From: Planctomycetota bacterium
Lineage (GTDB): Bacteria; Planctomycetota; GCA-002687715; DRQF01
NCBI GenBank assembly: GCA_027001995.1
Contig: JALTLO010000182.1
Span: forward strand, 44,168-100,046
Direction: 5' to 3'
DNA length: 55,879 nt
Shown: positions 8,143 to 18,298 of the stretch, piece by piece
How positions within the stretch are numbered: the first letter of the stretch is position 1
Layout: each line of letters starts with the position of its first letter
Notes under the pieces: generated by a model
Told to the model about the DNA's origin: nothing
Database searches by the model: none
Seen by the model: only the letters and a program-made list of their open reading frames with translations
Translations under genes and position numbers: made by a program

Positions 8143-11100
8143 ATGGCGAATCAAACCATGGTGCGATCAGTCAAGACAGTTTACTTACCAACTCAATTGC
8201 CGAGTCGATCCATTTGTGGATTCGGACTGGGCGTCAGCTTGATCTGGTTTCTGGCTGATATTGTGCCCGTCTTGGTTGATCCAGGAGAGACTTCCTCTCA
8301 ACAACGGTTGCTGGGAATTATGATGTTGGCCGGGATGGCCATTCTCGCCGGGGCGGTGGGACAAATCGCGGCATCCTTGGCTGTCCTTTTGGGCCGGTTG
8401 TTTTCAGCCATGTCTCTGTCTATTCGGTGTTTTCTCTCATCCGCGCCTTTCGCCCTTGGCTTTTTTGTTCTTCTTGCTCCACGGCTGGTTGATCTTTTGA
8501 GTGGCGATTGGGTTGTGAATCAACCATGGCGTCCCATTGCCCTGGTGGGCACCTTGTGTGGTTCCTTCATTGGCTCTTTGCTTGTGGGTGCTCAAACTTG
8601 TCGCATTGCTATTGCTCATGGGAGGTTGCCAACCTATTTTGGCATGGCGGCCTTGGGGTTGACGGTCCTGGTTTTTGCTCTCGATGCCCAAGCTGCCTTA
8701 GCGCGAAGACACCAAGCGATTCACGACATTCTCGCTATTGTTGGTCTTATTGCGGCTGGGTTGTTTGGGTCATCGGTCTTGGGGGCTTCGTGGCGTAAGT
8801 ATGGTCTCTTTCAAGTCATCGTTGGGACGTTGACCCTTGCTTGCCTTGTTACGGGGATTGCCCCCGGTGAGTCTGGCTACCTGCGTCGTCTGCTCTACAA
8901 AGGCAGCCGCTTGAGTAGTCGTGTGCTAGACGGCTCGGCCAAGGAAGTCGTTTTTCCCACACGAATTGATCAGCAACTACTTCATGAATTAGGGAATCAA
9001 CGGCGTGTGAATGACGAAACGCTCGATGATTTGATTCCCGGACGCAAAAGCCGCGACATTGTCCTCGTTACTATCGACACTCTGCGTCGCGATATTTTTG
9101 ATTCTGAGCGTGTGGCCACTTTGATTCCCAACCTTGATCGTCAGATGAGTCGAAGTGTCCAGTTTGCCCAAGCTTGGACTCCTTTCCCGTCGAGCCGATT
9201 GGCCATGCACGGGATGTTTACCGGGCATTATCCTACAGCAAGCTCAATCTATGAAGGAAGTGACGCTGCGCCTCTTGGTGAGGCCAAAGGACCGTCGACA
9301 TTGGCGGCGGCGTTGGCAGAAATTGGCTATGAGACTCAAGCGCTGACTTCGTTTCAAAATGACTTCTTTGAACGTGAGAAGTTTCATTTGTTGAAGGGTT
9401 TTAGCAACTCTGTCAATGATCAGGGTGATCCTATTTCTGCGTCTTCTCGTGTTGTTGAGCGAGCGATTCAAGCTTTGGGAGATGACCAGGAAGGCGGACC
9501 CCCTCGTTTTCTTTGGGTTCATTTATTTGATCCTCATGAACCTTACCGGGAGCGTGCTGATACGCCACCCGATGCTTCGAAAAAGGAGCGTTACCAAGCC
9601 GAGGTGCGTCACAGCGACAAAATCTTGCAGCGGCTTTTCGAGTTCTTGCGATTCTCGAATAGAAAGCGCGTTGTCATCGTGCACTCTGACCACGGTGAGG
9701 AGTTTGGCGACCACGGCGGCATGGGGCATCACTCTAGCCTTTACCAGGAACAGATCGCTGTGCCCTTGGCTTTGAGCGGACCGGGGTTTGTTCCGCGGCG
9801 GGTTAATCATCCGGTGAGTCTGATCGATCTGCCTGCGACCATCTGTGCTCTCACCGGGGCTCCTACTGTAGCAGGTGACAAAGGACACTCACTCTTGCCA
9901 CAGCTTTTGGGGCTCGAAGTTGAAGAGTATGCCCCGGCGGCAGTATTGAGTCAGTTTAGAGAGCCTAGGTTTGTGCATGGCAACCTGGATGCCGTTCGTG
10001 ATGAGAGGTGGAAACTCATTCATGACCGGCGCTTGAATCTCTTTGAACTCTACGATTTGGAGAATGATCCCCAGGAAAGAATGAACGTTATTGACTTGTT
10101 CGAATCTCAAGCCAGGCACATGAAGGTTCTCTTGGCAACCATGCGAGCTCACGCCGGTCTTGCCGACTTCGACCAGGATGGAGGGGCCAGGGCTTTGATC
10201 GAGAAGGCTATCGAGGGCTTCTTGACGGACGAAGAAGTTGTTGATTTGGCTGATGTTTTGCGCCGCGAGGAGGTTCCCTGCCCGGAACTGATCCCAGACC
10301 TTCTGAGCAGCAACAACCCTGCGATTCGCCGAGCTGCGCTCATCCATGTCGCAACCTATGCCAATGGTTTGGGCCGGGCTACGCTCACCACGAATGCGTT
10401 TAGCGGCAGAGGAGCCTTGCAGGAAGAGGCCTCTGTTGGTGTTGCTCTTCTCGGGGATGGCGATTCTCCTGACGCCCTGAGGGGGTTAGACAGGTTTTGG
10501 ATTGGCGACGATCGCTTTATTCTCTTGCTGGCCCGGTTTGTGTCCGGGAGCGACGGGTTTGATGGTGCTGTTAATCAGCTATTGGCCGATCCGAACAACG
10601 ATCGTGACATCGATACTTTGGCGATCTATTCGCTCTTGAGAGCGGAAGACCAAGGCATGCTGCCCAGTCTTTATGCACGCACGAATCTTGGATGGCGATT
10701 CGCCGAGCACCGTCGGGCTGCTCTTCGGGCTGCCACTGCCTTGCCGTTTAGTCACACGGCTCCTTTAGTGCGGCGATTCCTGACGAATGGTGATCGGTCG
10801 ATTCGGGCTCAAACTGAAGATCTCCTGGCTGGCAATCCGAAACTTTTGAAGTGGAAGAAACAGGCTGTGAAGGCGGAGGCTGTGGCCAATCGCGCCCGAG
10901 CATTGGGCCTTGGTCTAGACACATTGAGGGAGGCCACGGCATTTTATCTTGAAGCCTTGGCTGAGATGGCTCGGGTTGATGTTTATGACTGGGGTTATGT
11001 GATGGAGTTGGCTTTCCTTTGGTTGGTCAATGATAAGCGTGATGACCTGGGAGATCTCTTGGCGGCGGGGTTGCCAAAAGAAATGACCAATATGAATCAG

Positions 11101-11517
11101 TTCGCCGTGGCTGTAGCCGAGCGTTTCATTGTTATCTCACGAACTGCGGGTCTGCCAGTCAGAGCACGCATAAGACTCTTGGATGGTCAAGAGCCGAAAC
11201 GCAGGGAAACTGGGCGCATAAACCTTTTGGTTGAACTCGAATTGGGAGAGGATGGAGAGGCGCTGGTAGGTGGGATTGGCACGAAGACGTCCTATTTGGG
11301 AGCGGTTGTTTTGGACAATAAGGGACGCCCCTTGGGAGAGCCTCTGTCTTTGCCATTACCATTGACTGGTGTTTTGCCCGGTGAAAAGGTTGTCTTAGCG
11401 GTGCCGATTTTTATTCCTGAAGACGCAGGGGAGTCTCTTCGCTTAGGAATCCGCTTGGGGCGCGCCGATGACGAGTTGATCAAACCCCTCGTCATCGACG
11501 TCCTCAGACAGAACTAA
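8143..11517 (+). CDS. Membrane-anchored sulfatase/alkaline-phosphatase-superfamily protein with C-terminal helical (HEAT-like) repeats
   Basis: About 7 N-terminal TM helices, then LVTIDTLRRD, FLWVHLFDPHEPY, SDHGEEFGDHG, SLIDLPAT and ELYDLENDPQE motifs, then a helical-repeat tail. Confidence 0.82.
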   Translation: MANQTMVRSVKTVYLPTQLPSRSICGFGLGVSLIWFLADIVPVLVDPGETSSQQRLLGIMMLAGMAILAGAVGQIAASLAVLLGRLFSAMSLSIRCFLSSAPFALGFFVLLAPRLVDLLSGDWVVNQPWRPIALVGTLCGSFIGSLLVGAQTCRIAIAHGRLPTYFGMAALGLTVLVFALDAQAALARRHQAIHDILAIVGLIAAGLFGSSVLGASWRKYGLFQVIVGTLTLACLVTGIAPGESGYLRRLLYKGSRLSSRVLDGSAKEVVFPTRIDQQLLHELGNQRRVNDETLDDLIPGRKSRDIVLVTIDTLRRDIFDSERVATLIPNLDRQMSRSVQFAQAWTPFPSSRLAMHGMFTGHYPTASSIYEGSDAAPLGEAKGPSTLAAALAEIGYETQALTSFQNDFFEREKFHLLKGFSNSVNDQGDPISASSRVVERAIQALGDDQEGGPPRFLWVHLFDPHEPYRERADTPPDASKKERYQAEVRHSDKILQRLFEFLRFSNRKRVVIVHSDHGEEFGDHGGMGHHSSLYQEQIAVPLALSGPGFVPRRVNHPVSLIDLPATICALTGAPTVAGDKGHSLLPQLLGLEVEEYAPAAVLSQFREPRFVHGNLDAVRDERWKLIHDRRLNLFELYDLENDPQERMNVIDLFESQARHMKVLLATMRAHAGLADFDQDGGARALIEKAIEGFLTDEEVVDLADVLRREEVPCPELIPDLLSSNNPAIRRAALIHVATYANGLGRATLTTNAFSGRGALQEEASVGVALLGDGDSPDALRGLDRFWIGDDRFILLLARFVSGSDGFDGAVNQLLADPNNDRDIDTLAIYSLLRAEDQGMLPSLYARTNLGWRFAEHRRAALRAATALPFSHTAPLVRRFLTNGDRSIRAQTEDLLAGNPKLLKWKKQAVKAEAVANRARALGLGLDTLREATAFYLEALAEMARVDVYDWGYVMELAFLWLVNDKRDDLGDLLAAGLPKEMTNMNQFAVAVAERFIVISRTAGLPVRARIRLLDGQEPKRRETGRINLLVELELGEDGEALVGGIGTKTSYLGAVVLDNKGRPLGEPLSLPLPLTGVLPGEKVVLAVPIFIPEDAGESLRLGIRLGRADDELIKPLVIDVLRQN

Positions 11518-12644
11518 AAAATCTTGATCATGTGAGCATTCGAAGAGGCGAACAGTCCATTGTTCGCCGCTGGACTGAGACAGAATGCCTGCAAGATGAA
11601 ATTGACTCCCGAATGCCCGGGATTGATTGTGGCGTAGATCGTATGGCCACCGGTGGGGAGCAACACTGTTGCCGGGTTGAGTCCCCCTGGGCCAATGGCG
11701 AGGAGTCCACCATAATTCATGTTGATGAACACTTCAGGATGCAAAGGCATGGTGGGGGGCGCCGCCGAGCACTCGATGAAGCAAGTGACTCCCAACATGA
11801 TCGCTTGGTTGACGAAAGTCCCTCCTGGAGATTCAATGATTAAACCAGCGACGTCGCCATCGAAGGAAATCTTGACATCTTCCCCAACGCCCCCGGTCAA
11901 CTGTGAGCCGATTGTGCTGGTGCGAATCTGAAAATCGTCCCCTGTTCCGGGACGGTAGAGCCGACCCAATGCAGCGCAGTCAAAACCGAAAGTCACCGTG
12001 ACGTCACCGGTCATGTTGGTTGGGAACGTTGATCCCGATGTGGGTTGTGTGGCTGTGGTGAAATCCAAGTTGACGAATCCGCCCAGGTCTAAGGTGCGGT
12101 TGCTGGCGCCTTCTCCCATTTGCAATGCCCCTCCATTGCTACTCACAGCAATGACTGATCCGATGTGATCTCCGACTCCGTAGAGACCGCCAATGGCGCT
12201 GGTGAAGTAGGTCCAAGACTGAGGTGCAATTGGGCCTCCTGCCATGAAGTAGGAGGAAGGAATTAGTCCTTGGATAGGGTGGCCTGCAGGGGGGAACCCC
12301 ATGTCAAAGAATTGGAGCTTGCCAGAGAATCGAATGTCGAGGAAAAACCCCTTGTTCGGGTCGCTTTGGTCGTAGACTTCGCCAACCAGCTGGGCCGTCC
12401 CATCCATGTTGTCGAGGAATTGGCCCGGAGCTCGAAAATAGAATGTGCCGAATGGCAGATTCAGTGCGAAATTGCTTGGTGTCAGCGAATTCTCGACATC
12501 GAGATCGGTTTCGACAGTGCAGTATTCGATGCAAGATCCAATGCCGATATTCTGCTGGGCTTTGGCCGTCCCCAAACAGGCGAAAAAAATAGTGGCGAAT
12601 GTGAGCCCAAGTAGGGCTCGGCAATAAACAGGTGATTTCAACAT
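11514..12644 (-). CDS. Secreted hypothetical protein (beta-rich domain plus conserved-looking C-terminal domain)
   Basis: 376-aa ORF with upstream GAGGG RBS and a signal peptide ending AKA-QQ. Its stop overlaps the stop of the convergent gene. Confidence 0.75.
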   Translation of the reverse strand: MLKSPVYCRALLGLTFATIFFACLGTAKAQQNIGIGSCIEYCTVETDLDVENSLTPSNFALNLPFGTFYFRAPGQFLDNMDGTAQLVGEVYDQSDPNKGFFLDIRFSGKLQFFDMGFPPAGHPIQGLIPSSYFMAGGPIAPQSWTYFTSAIGGLYGVGDHIGSVIAVSSNGGALQMGEGASNRTLDLGGFVNLDFTTATQPTSGSTFPTNMTGDVTVTFGFDCAALGRLYRPGTGDDFQIRTSTIGSQLTGGVGEDVKISFDGDVAGLIIESPGGTFVNQAIMLGVTCFIECSAAPPTMPLHPEVFINMNYGGLLAIGPGGLNPATVLLPTGGHTIYATINPGHSGVNFILQAFCLSPAANNGLFASSNAHMIKIF

Positions 12645-12919
12645 AGTGTTACCCTCTTTGATTCGAGCAGCATTGACAGCTTGCTCAAAGGAAAGGCGCG
12701 CGTGATGATCTCAATCATGCATGAGACCTAAATAATATCCACTCCAGATTTCGGCCAAAAACAGAAGTCACTGAAGAACGGGATGAGTAAAAACTCACAA
12801 ATCCCATGGTTCGGGGAACTTTGAGAGCTTTTCATGATTGAGAGTCACGGTGTTCGTGGGATTCCCCGTCTCCACCCCAAGATATATTCGCGGCACAGAC
12901 TCCAAGGGAAAGGGAACTG

Positions 12920-14935
12920 ATGACTCTGAACACGGATTTGGAAAAAGCCTGCATCGATACAATTCGTACTTTGGCGATGGATGCGGTCCAGAAAGCGAAC
13001 TCGGGCCACCCGGGCACACCTATGGCCTTAGCGCCAGTGCTCTACACGATCTGGGCCAAACATTTGCGTCACGACCCGGCCTTTCCTGACTTGCCCAATC
13101 GGGACCGATTTATCTTGTCGATTGGTCATGCCTCCATGCTCCTCTATGGGACGCTCCATCTCTCGGGCTACGACCTTTCTCTTGACGACATCAAGAACTT
13201 TCGTGTCCTGGGGAGTCCCTGCGCAGGGCACCCGGAGTATCGCCACTGCCCGGGAGTTGAGATCACCACCGGTCCATTGGGGCAAGGATTTGCTTCAGCC
13301 GTGGGCATGGCGATCGCCGAACGCAAGATGGCGAACCACTTCAACAGGCCAGGCCACGAACTCATGTCTCATCAGGTCATCGCTTTGGGTGGTGATGGCG
13401 ATATGATGGAAGGTGTCTCCATGGAGGCCGCTAGCTTAGCGGGCCATTTGGGACTGGACAACTTGGTCTGGGTCTATGATGCCAATGAAATCACTATTGA
13501 AGGAACAACAGAGATTGCTTTCACCGAAGATGTAGCTATGCGCATGAAAGCTATGGGGTGGGAGGTCTCCTATGTCCCAGATGCCAATGATGTACCAGCC
13601 TTGGAGGCAGCATTGGGGGCTACGAGGAATGGTGGTGGCAAACCCCACTTTATCATTGTGCGTTCTCACATCGCTTTCGGCAGCCCCAACAAGCAAGATA
13701 CCCCGGATGCCCATGGGGCTCCTCTCGGCGACGAAGAGATTGCGGCCACCAAGAAGGCCTATGGCCTGGACTCGTCCAAGACTTTCTTCGTACCAGCCCA
13801 AGCCAAATCAGCCTTTTCTGAGCACTGCCGAAATCGAGGCAAGGCCCTCAGCGATTCTTGGAAGCAGAGTCTCGCCGCCTACCAGGAAGCCCATCCAGCC
13901 GAAGGGGAAGAGCTCAACGCCTTTCTGACTGGAGGATTGCCCACAGGATGGGATGAGGACTTGCCCGTTTTTGCAGCCGACGCCAAAGGGATGGCTGGTC
14001 GGGCCGCTTCCGGCGAAGCCCTCAATGCGATCGCCGCCAAAGTACCTTGGCTCATGGGAGGTTCCGCTGATTTAGGGCCATCGAACAAAACGACCATTGT
14101 TGGAGCCGAAAGTTTCTCCTCCAACAATCCCGGAGGCCGCAACATTCATTTCGGGGTGCGAGAGCATGCCATGGGGGCTATGGTCAATGGCATGACCTTG
14201 GCGGGTATGCGCGCTTACAGTGGCACCTTTTTCGTCTTCAGTGATTACATGCGTCCGATTCATCGCTCGGCTGGTTTGATGGGAATTCCCGCCATTTATG
14301 TCTATACCCACGACAGCATCGGGGTGGGAGAAGATGGTCCGACGCACCAACCTATTGAGCACTTAGCCAGTTTGCGGGCCATCCCCAATTTAGATGTGAT
14401 TCGGCCAGGAGATGCCAATGAGGTTACGCAGGCTTGGCGGTACGCGATGTCGCAAAATGAGCGTCCCTGCGCTCTTGTCTTGAGTCGCCAGAACCATGAG
14501 ACCCTTGATCGTCGTGTGTATCAAGGGGCAGAAGGGGTTCACAGAGGTGCCTATGTCCTGAACAAGGACGAAGAGAAACCAGAAGTGATCTTGATAGGCA
14601 GTGGGACTGAACTGGCCATAGCTGTGGAGGCGGCCAAGATCCTCAGCGGTGATGGCATCAAGGCGCGGGTGGTGAGTATGCCATGCTGGGAGCAGTTCGC
14701 TCGCCAGGATGCTGCCTACCGAGAAAGCGTCTTGCCTACAGCATGTGAAGCCCGGGTTTCCATTGAAGCTGGAGCCACATTTGGTTGGGAAAGGCATGTT
14801 GGGATCAAAGGCCAAGCCATTGGCATCGACCACTATGGCGCGTCAGCCCCCGCTTCTGTGCTTTTTGAGCATTTCGGATTGACGAAAGAGGCCGTGGTGT
14901 CTGCCGCCAAGGCCCAAATCGAAGGGCTTGTCTGA
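12920..14935 (+). CDS. tkt: Transketolase
   Basis: DAVQKANSGHPG, GHPE, TTGPLGQG, GDGDMMEG (TPP binding), HFGVREHAM and THDSIGVGEDGPTHQP motifs. Confidence 0.98.
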   Translation: MTLNTDLEKACIDTIRTLAMDAVQKANSGHPGTPMALAPVLYTIWAKHLRHDPAFPDLPNRDRFILSIGHASMLLYGTLHLSGYDLSLDDIKNFRVLGSPCAGHPEYRHCPGVEITTGPLGQGFASAVGMAIAERKMANHFNRPGHELMSHQVIALGGDGDMMEGVSMEAASLAGHLGLDNLVWVYDANEITIEGTTEIAFTEDVAMRMKAMGWEVSYVPDANDVPALEAALGATRNGGGKPHFIIVRSHIAFGSPNKQDTPDAHGAPLGDEEIAATKKAYGLDSSKTFFVPAQAKSAFSEHCRNRGKALSDSWKQSLAAYQEAHPAEGEELNAFLTGGLPTGWDEDLPVFAADAKGMAGRAASGEALNAIAAKVPWLMGGSADLGPSNKTTIVGAESFSSNNPGGRNIHFGVREHAMGAMVNGMTLAGMRAYSGTFFVFSDYMRPIHRSAGLMGIPAIYVYTHDSIGVGEDGPTHQPIEHLASLRAIPNLDVIRPGDANEVTQAWRYAMSQNERPCALVLSRQNHETLDRRVYQGAEGVHRGAYVLNKDEEKPEVILIGSGTELAIAVEAAKILSGDGIKARVVSMPCWEQFARQDAAYRESVLPTACEARVSIEAGATFGWERHVGIKGQAIGIDHYGASAPASVLFEHFGLTKEAVVSAAKAQIEGLV

Positions 14936-15039
14936 TTTTATCGTTTCTCCTTGGCTGCCATGACGGAGGTGCAGGGCCAATTGGCCTTGAATCTTCTCTT
15001 GGGTTGGTCAGATGGTACGCAAAAGGCTAACCTCCTCTT

Positions 15040-16815
15040 ATGGCTGGAAACGACTTTTCAAATTTCAAAGATCTTCTCGGTAAGTTTGGCGGTGGTGACG
15101 ACGAAGACGATGACACCATCGATCAAGCAAATATCGAGGAGATGGACACCTCCGACGAAACGGAGGACATCGATCCCGACTCCTATCACGGGAGTCCAAG
15201 GGAAATCATGGATGCTCGGCCCAATGGCTTAGGTCCCATGACCCATGGTCCTCAGTGCTATAAAGATCTTGATTCGGAAGAGATGGAGCTTCTTCAGTCT
15301 TTTCGCGTCCGCACTATCTTCCCTGAAGATGTCTTGGCGGAGACAAAGACATTGGCGGATGATCCCCTCAAGTCTGACTACGAAGGGGTAGAATATCGCC
15401 AAGATCTTCGCCAGGAGCGAATCTTCACCATTGATGGCTCCGATGCGAAAGACTTTGACGACGCCATCTGCATCCGCAAGGTGGAGGGTGGTGTGGAAGT
15501 GTCGGTTCATATTGCTGATGTGAGCCACTATGTTCGCCCTGGCACAGCCCTCAATGCAGAAGCGCTTACACGGGCCACCAGTGTCTATGTGGCAGACCAG
15601 GTGGTTCCCATGCTTCCAGAGAAGATCTCCAATGGGCTTTGTTCTTTGGTTCCGGGGCGAGATCGCCTGGTTTTTTCGGTGTTCATGACTTTTAATGACA
15701 AGGGTCAGCGCACGGGTTACTACTTGTCCAAGAGCGTGATCAATAGCTTCAGGCGTTGCACTTACAAGCAGGTGCAAGAGCTGTTTGATGGTGTTGACAA
15801 TGAAGACACCCGGGCCATTGCTGATCTCAAGCCCGATCTGGAAATGTTTCAAACCTGGACTAAGCAGCAACAGACGATTCGCGATCGCAAAGGCTCATTG
15901 CGGATGCAGAGCCGAGAGCGCAAGTTCAAGTTCGATGGGGACGGAAACGTTGAGAAAATCTACTTCGCTGACAATTACTTCTCGCAAACTCTCATCGAAG
16001 AAACAGCCTTAGCAGCCAATCAAGCTGTGGGAGATTTCTTCAAAGCTAATGGCTTGCCAACCATCTACCGGGTGCATCCAGAGAAAGACCCGGATGAGAT
16101 CAAAGAAGTGATCGAGATGTTGGAGAAATTCAATGTTCGTGTGCCCAAGAAGGACCGTTTGACCGGACGAGATATCGGGGCCATGGTGCGCTATGCTCGC
16201 CGTTTGCCCAATGCTGACACCATGATTCCACGGATTATGGGACTACTCGAACGAGCCGTTTATGAAGTGCAAACTGAGGATGATGAGGCTGAGCATTTCG
16301 GTCTGGCCCGAGAGCATTATTTGCACTTCACCTCGCCGATTCGTCGCTATCCCGATCTTATCGTTCATCGCATGTTGTTCGACGTACTCAGTCGGGGAGA
16401 TGCTGCCCAGAGAGACTTGAAGGATCCAGAGAAGATTCGCGACCTCTTTGACGTGGCCGAGCATTCCAGCACCCAGGCTGAAGTGGCTTCGATGGTGGAA
16501 ATCGCTGTGGATGACCTAAAAATCTGCCAGTTCATGGACCCCCGCATCGACGATATCTTCTTGGCAAGAGTTGGGCGTGTCAATCGTGGAGGATTCGAGA
16601 TTGACATCCAAGAGTTATGCGTGAAGGGATACTTACCAGCCCGGAGCATTGGACGAATTCTCAAGTGTGATGGCCCAGTGATTACCATCCAGAGCCGAGG
16701 GGGCACCAAGGTGTTTCGTGAAGGTGACCAAGTCGAAGTGCTGGTGAAGGATGTCGATTTTCGGCGTTTGCAAGTGGTGTTCGCCTTGCCCGAACGCAAA
16801 GGAAAGAAGAGGTAG
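15040..16815 (+). CDS. RNB-domain 3'-5' exoribonuclease (RNase R/II family), N-terminally reduced
   Basis: FTIDGSDAKDFDDA catalytic motif, VHIADVSHYV, HFTSPIRRYPDL and a C-terminal S1-like domain. Confidence 0.93.
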   Translation: MAGNDFSNFKDLLGKFGGGDDEDDDTIDQANIEEMDTSDETEDIDPDSYHGSPREIMDARPNGLGPMTHGPQCYKDLDSEEMELLQSFRVRTIFPEDVLAETKTLADDPLKSDYEGVEYRQDLRQERIFTIDGSDAKDFDDAICIRKVEGGVEVSVHIADVSHYVRPGTALNAEALTRATSVYVADQVVPMLPEKISNGLCSLVPGRDRLVFSVFMTFNDKGQRTGYYLSKSVINSFRRCTYKQVQELFDGVDNEDTRAIADLKPDLEMFQTWTKQQQTIRDRKGSLRMQSRERKFKFDGDGNVEKIYFADNYFSQTLIEETALAANQAVGDFFKANGLPTIYRVHPEKDPDEIKEVIEMLEKFNVRVPKKDRLTGRDIGAMVRYARRLPNADTMIPRIMGLLERAVYEVQTEDDEAEHFGLAREHYLHFTSPIRRYPDLIVHRMLFDVLSRGDAAQRDLKDPEKIRDLFDVAEHSSTQAEVASMVEIAVDDLKICQFMDPRIDDIFLARVGRVNRGGFEIDIQELCVKGYLPARSIGRILKCDGPVITIQSRGGTKVFREGDQVEVLVKDVDFRRLQVVFALPERKGKKR

Positions 16816-16822
16816 GATGATC

Positions 16823-18298
16823 CTATTTCTTGGGCAAATGGAAGGTGAGAATGGCGGACTCACCATAAGCTTCGTAGGTGGCCCCTAGACTCTTCCAGTG
16901 TTCAAGCAAGGCCGGATTACGAAAGTCGTAGACGATGGGATACCAGAAGCCGAGATGCTCCACATCCAACTTGCCAGCCAAGAAATCGTCGATGAGAGCT
17001 TTGGCCACGTCGACCTGATCAATCGAATCGTAAATCCAAGCATCGCAGACAAACTGCCATGATCCAAAGTTGCCCTCCATGACCACCAAATCGTTGGCTC
17101 CGAATCGTTGATCCACTTGGGCAGCAATGATGTTGGATTCTCCGACGTTTTCTGTCTCATACCGTGTTTTGATTCGGTCGGCACCTTCAAGGACGAGGGC
17201 TCCTAAGATGAAAGCACCAATTAACTTCTTGCGTCGGAACAAGGCGGAGGCGAATCGCACGGCGGCGATTGTCACTGCAAGCAAGAAATAGTACGACCAG
17301 AAATCGTGGTTGAAGGCTCTGGCTGGGAAAAGTCCAATGTTGATAATCGTTGCTGACAAGGATGCGAGAATCAACAGATCAAGATCATCGGTTCTTTTCT
17401 CCTTGAGCCTGAGGCAAGCAAGAAGGGAGGCGATTGCGGCCAAGGTGGTGCCGCCAATCCCGAAGTTGAGGGTGAGGTGCTTGACTTGGGCCTTGGCGAA
17501 AGCCCAGGGGCCGAAACTCTCCGTTGCTTGAGCCATATTCTTGGCCGAGTTTAGGGCTTTGATAGCTCCGGCCATGGAACCTTCCCAACTGATGAGGATA
17601 CCGACGTAAACAAGGACGCCGGCAGCCACTCCTAACCCGCATGTGAGCAGGGTCCGCCACCCCAGTTTTCTTTGCCAGCAGATAAGGGCAATTCCCGGCA
17701 GAAAGAAGCCAGCGGCCCAATCTGTCATTGTTCCTAAGAACAGGCAAAACGCAGCGACCCAGATGGATTTCTCGGAGTTTCGTAACACCAACAAACAGGC
17801 GCTCAAGGCGAAGGCAAAGACGAGGCTCTCATAGTTGGCCATGCGACCGTAGAAAAAGACCATGGGCCAGGTTGGCCACAGCACACTGCAAGCCACACCT
17901 GCGATAGGCCCTAACCTCATGGCCAGAAACGTCGCCAGCAAGAAACCGGCAAAAGCGGTGAAAAGAATCGGGATGAGGCGCAAAGAGATTTCGGACAACC
18001 CAAAGACCTTCACGGGTAAGTGGAATAACCAGTGAGCTAACGGGGGATGGCTAGCATAGGTGGGCCCCTTTGGTGGTCGGGTGGGTAGGGGAGTCAGCAT
18101 GGGACGCCCGGCTAGATTGAGGAATCCGCCTTTGACCCATGCTCTTTGAATGGGTCCTTGGAAGCGGGCTCCGATGATGGATTCAAGGCCGATGTCGAAG
18201 TCTTTGTTGGCGAAAGGCAGTTGGACCAGTAGCGAAAGTGTCATGGCCAGGAGGCCATAAGTCAGAGGAGACTCAAGAATGGAAGCGCGTCTGCTCAC
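16823..18298 (-). CDS. GT-C fold membrane glycosyltransferase (ArnT/PMT-like)
   Basis: YASHPPL..W motif, FGLSEISLRLIPIL, about 11 TM helices and a C-terminal soluble domain. GTG start overlaps the upstream stop (GTGA). Confidence 0.75.
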   Translation of the reverse strand: MSRRASILESPLTYGLLAMTLSLLVQLPFANKDFDIGLESIIGARFQGPIQRAWVKGGFLNLAGRPMLTPLPTRPPKGPTYASHPPLAHWLFHLPVKVFGLSEISLRLIPILFTAFAGFLLATFLAMRLGPIAGVACSVLWPTWPMVFFYGRMANYESLVFAFALSACLLVLRNSEKSIWVAAFCLFLGTMTDWAAGFFLPGIALICWQRKLGWRTLLTCGLGVAAGVLVYVGILISWEGSMAGAIKALNSAKNMAQATESFGPWAFAKAQVKHLTLNFGIGGTTLAAIASLLACLRLKEKRTDDLDLLILASLSATIINIGLFPARAFNHDFWSYYFLLAVTIAAVRFASALFRRKKLIGAFILGALVLEGADRIKTRYETENVGESNIIAAQVDQRFGANDLVVMEGNFGSWQFVCDAWIYDSIDQVDVAKALIDDFLAGKLDVEHLGFWYPIVYDFRNPALLEHWKSLGATYEAYGESAILTFHLPKK

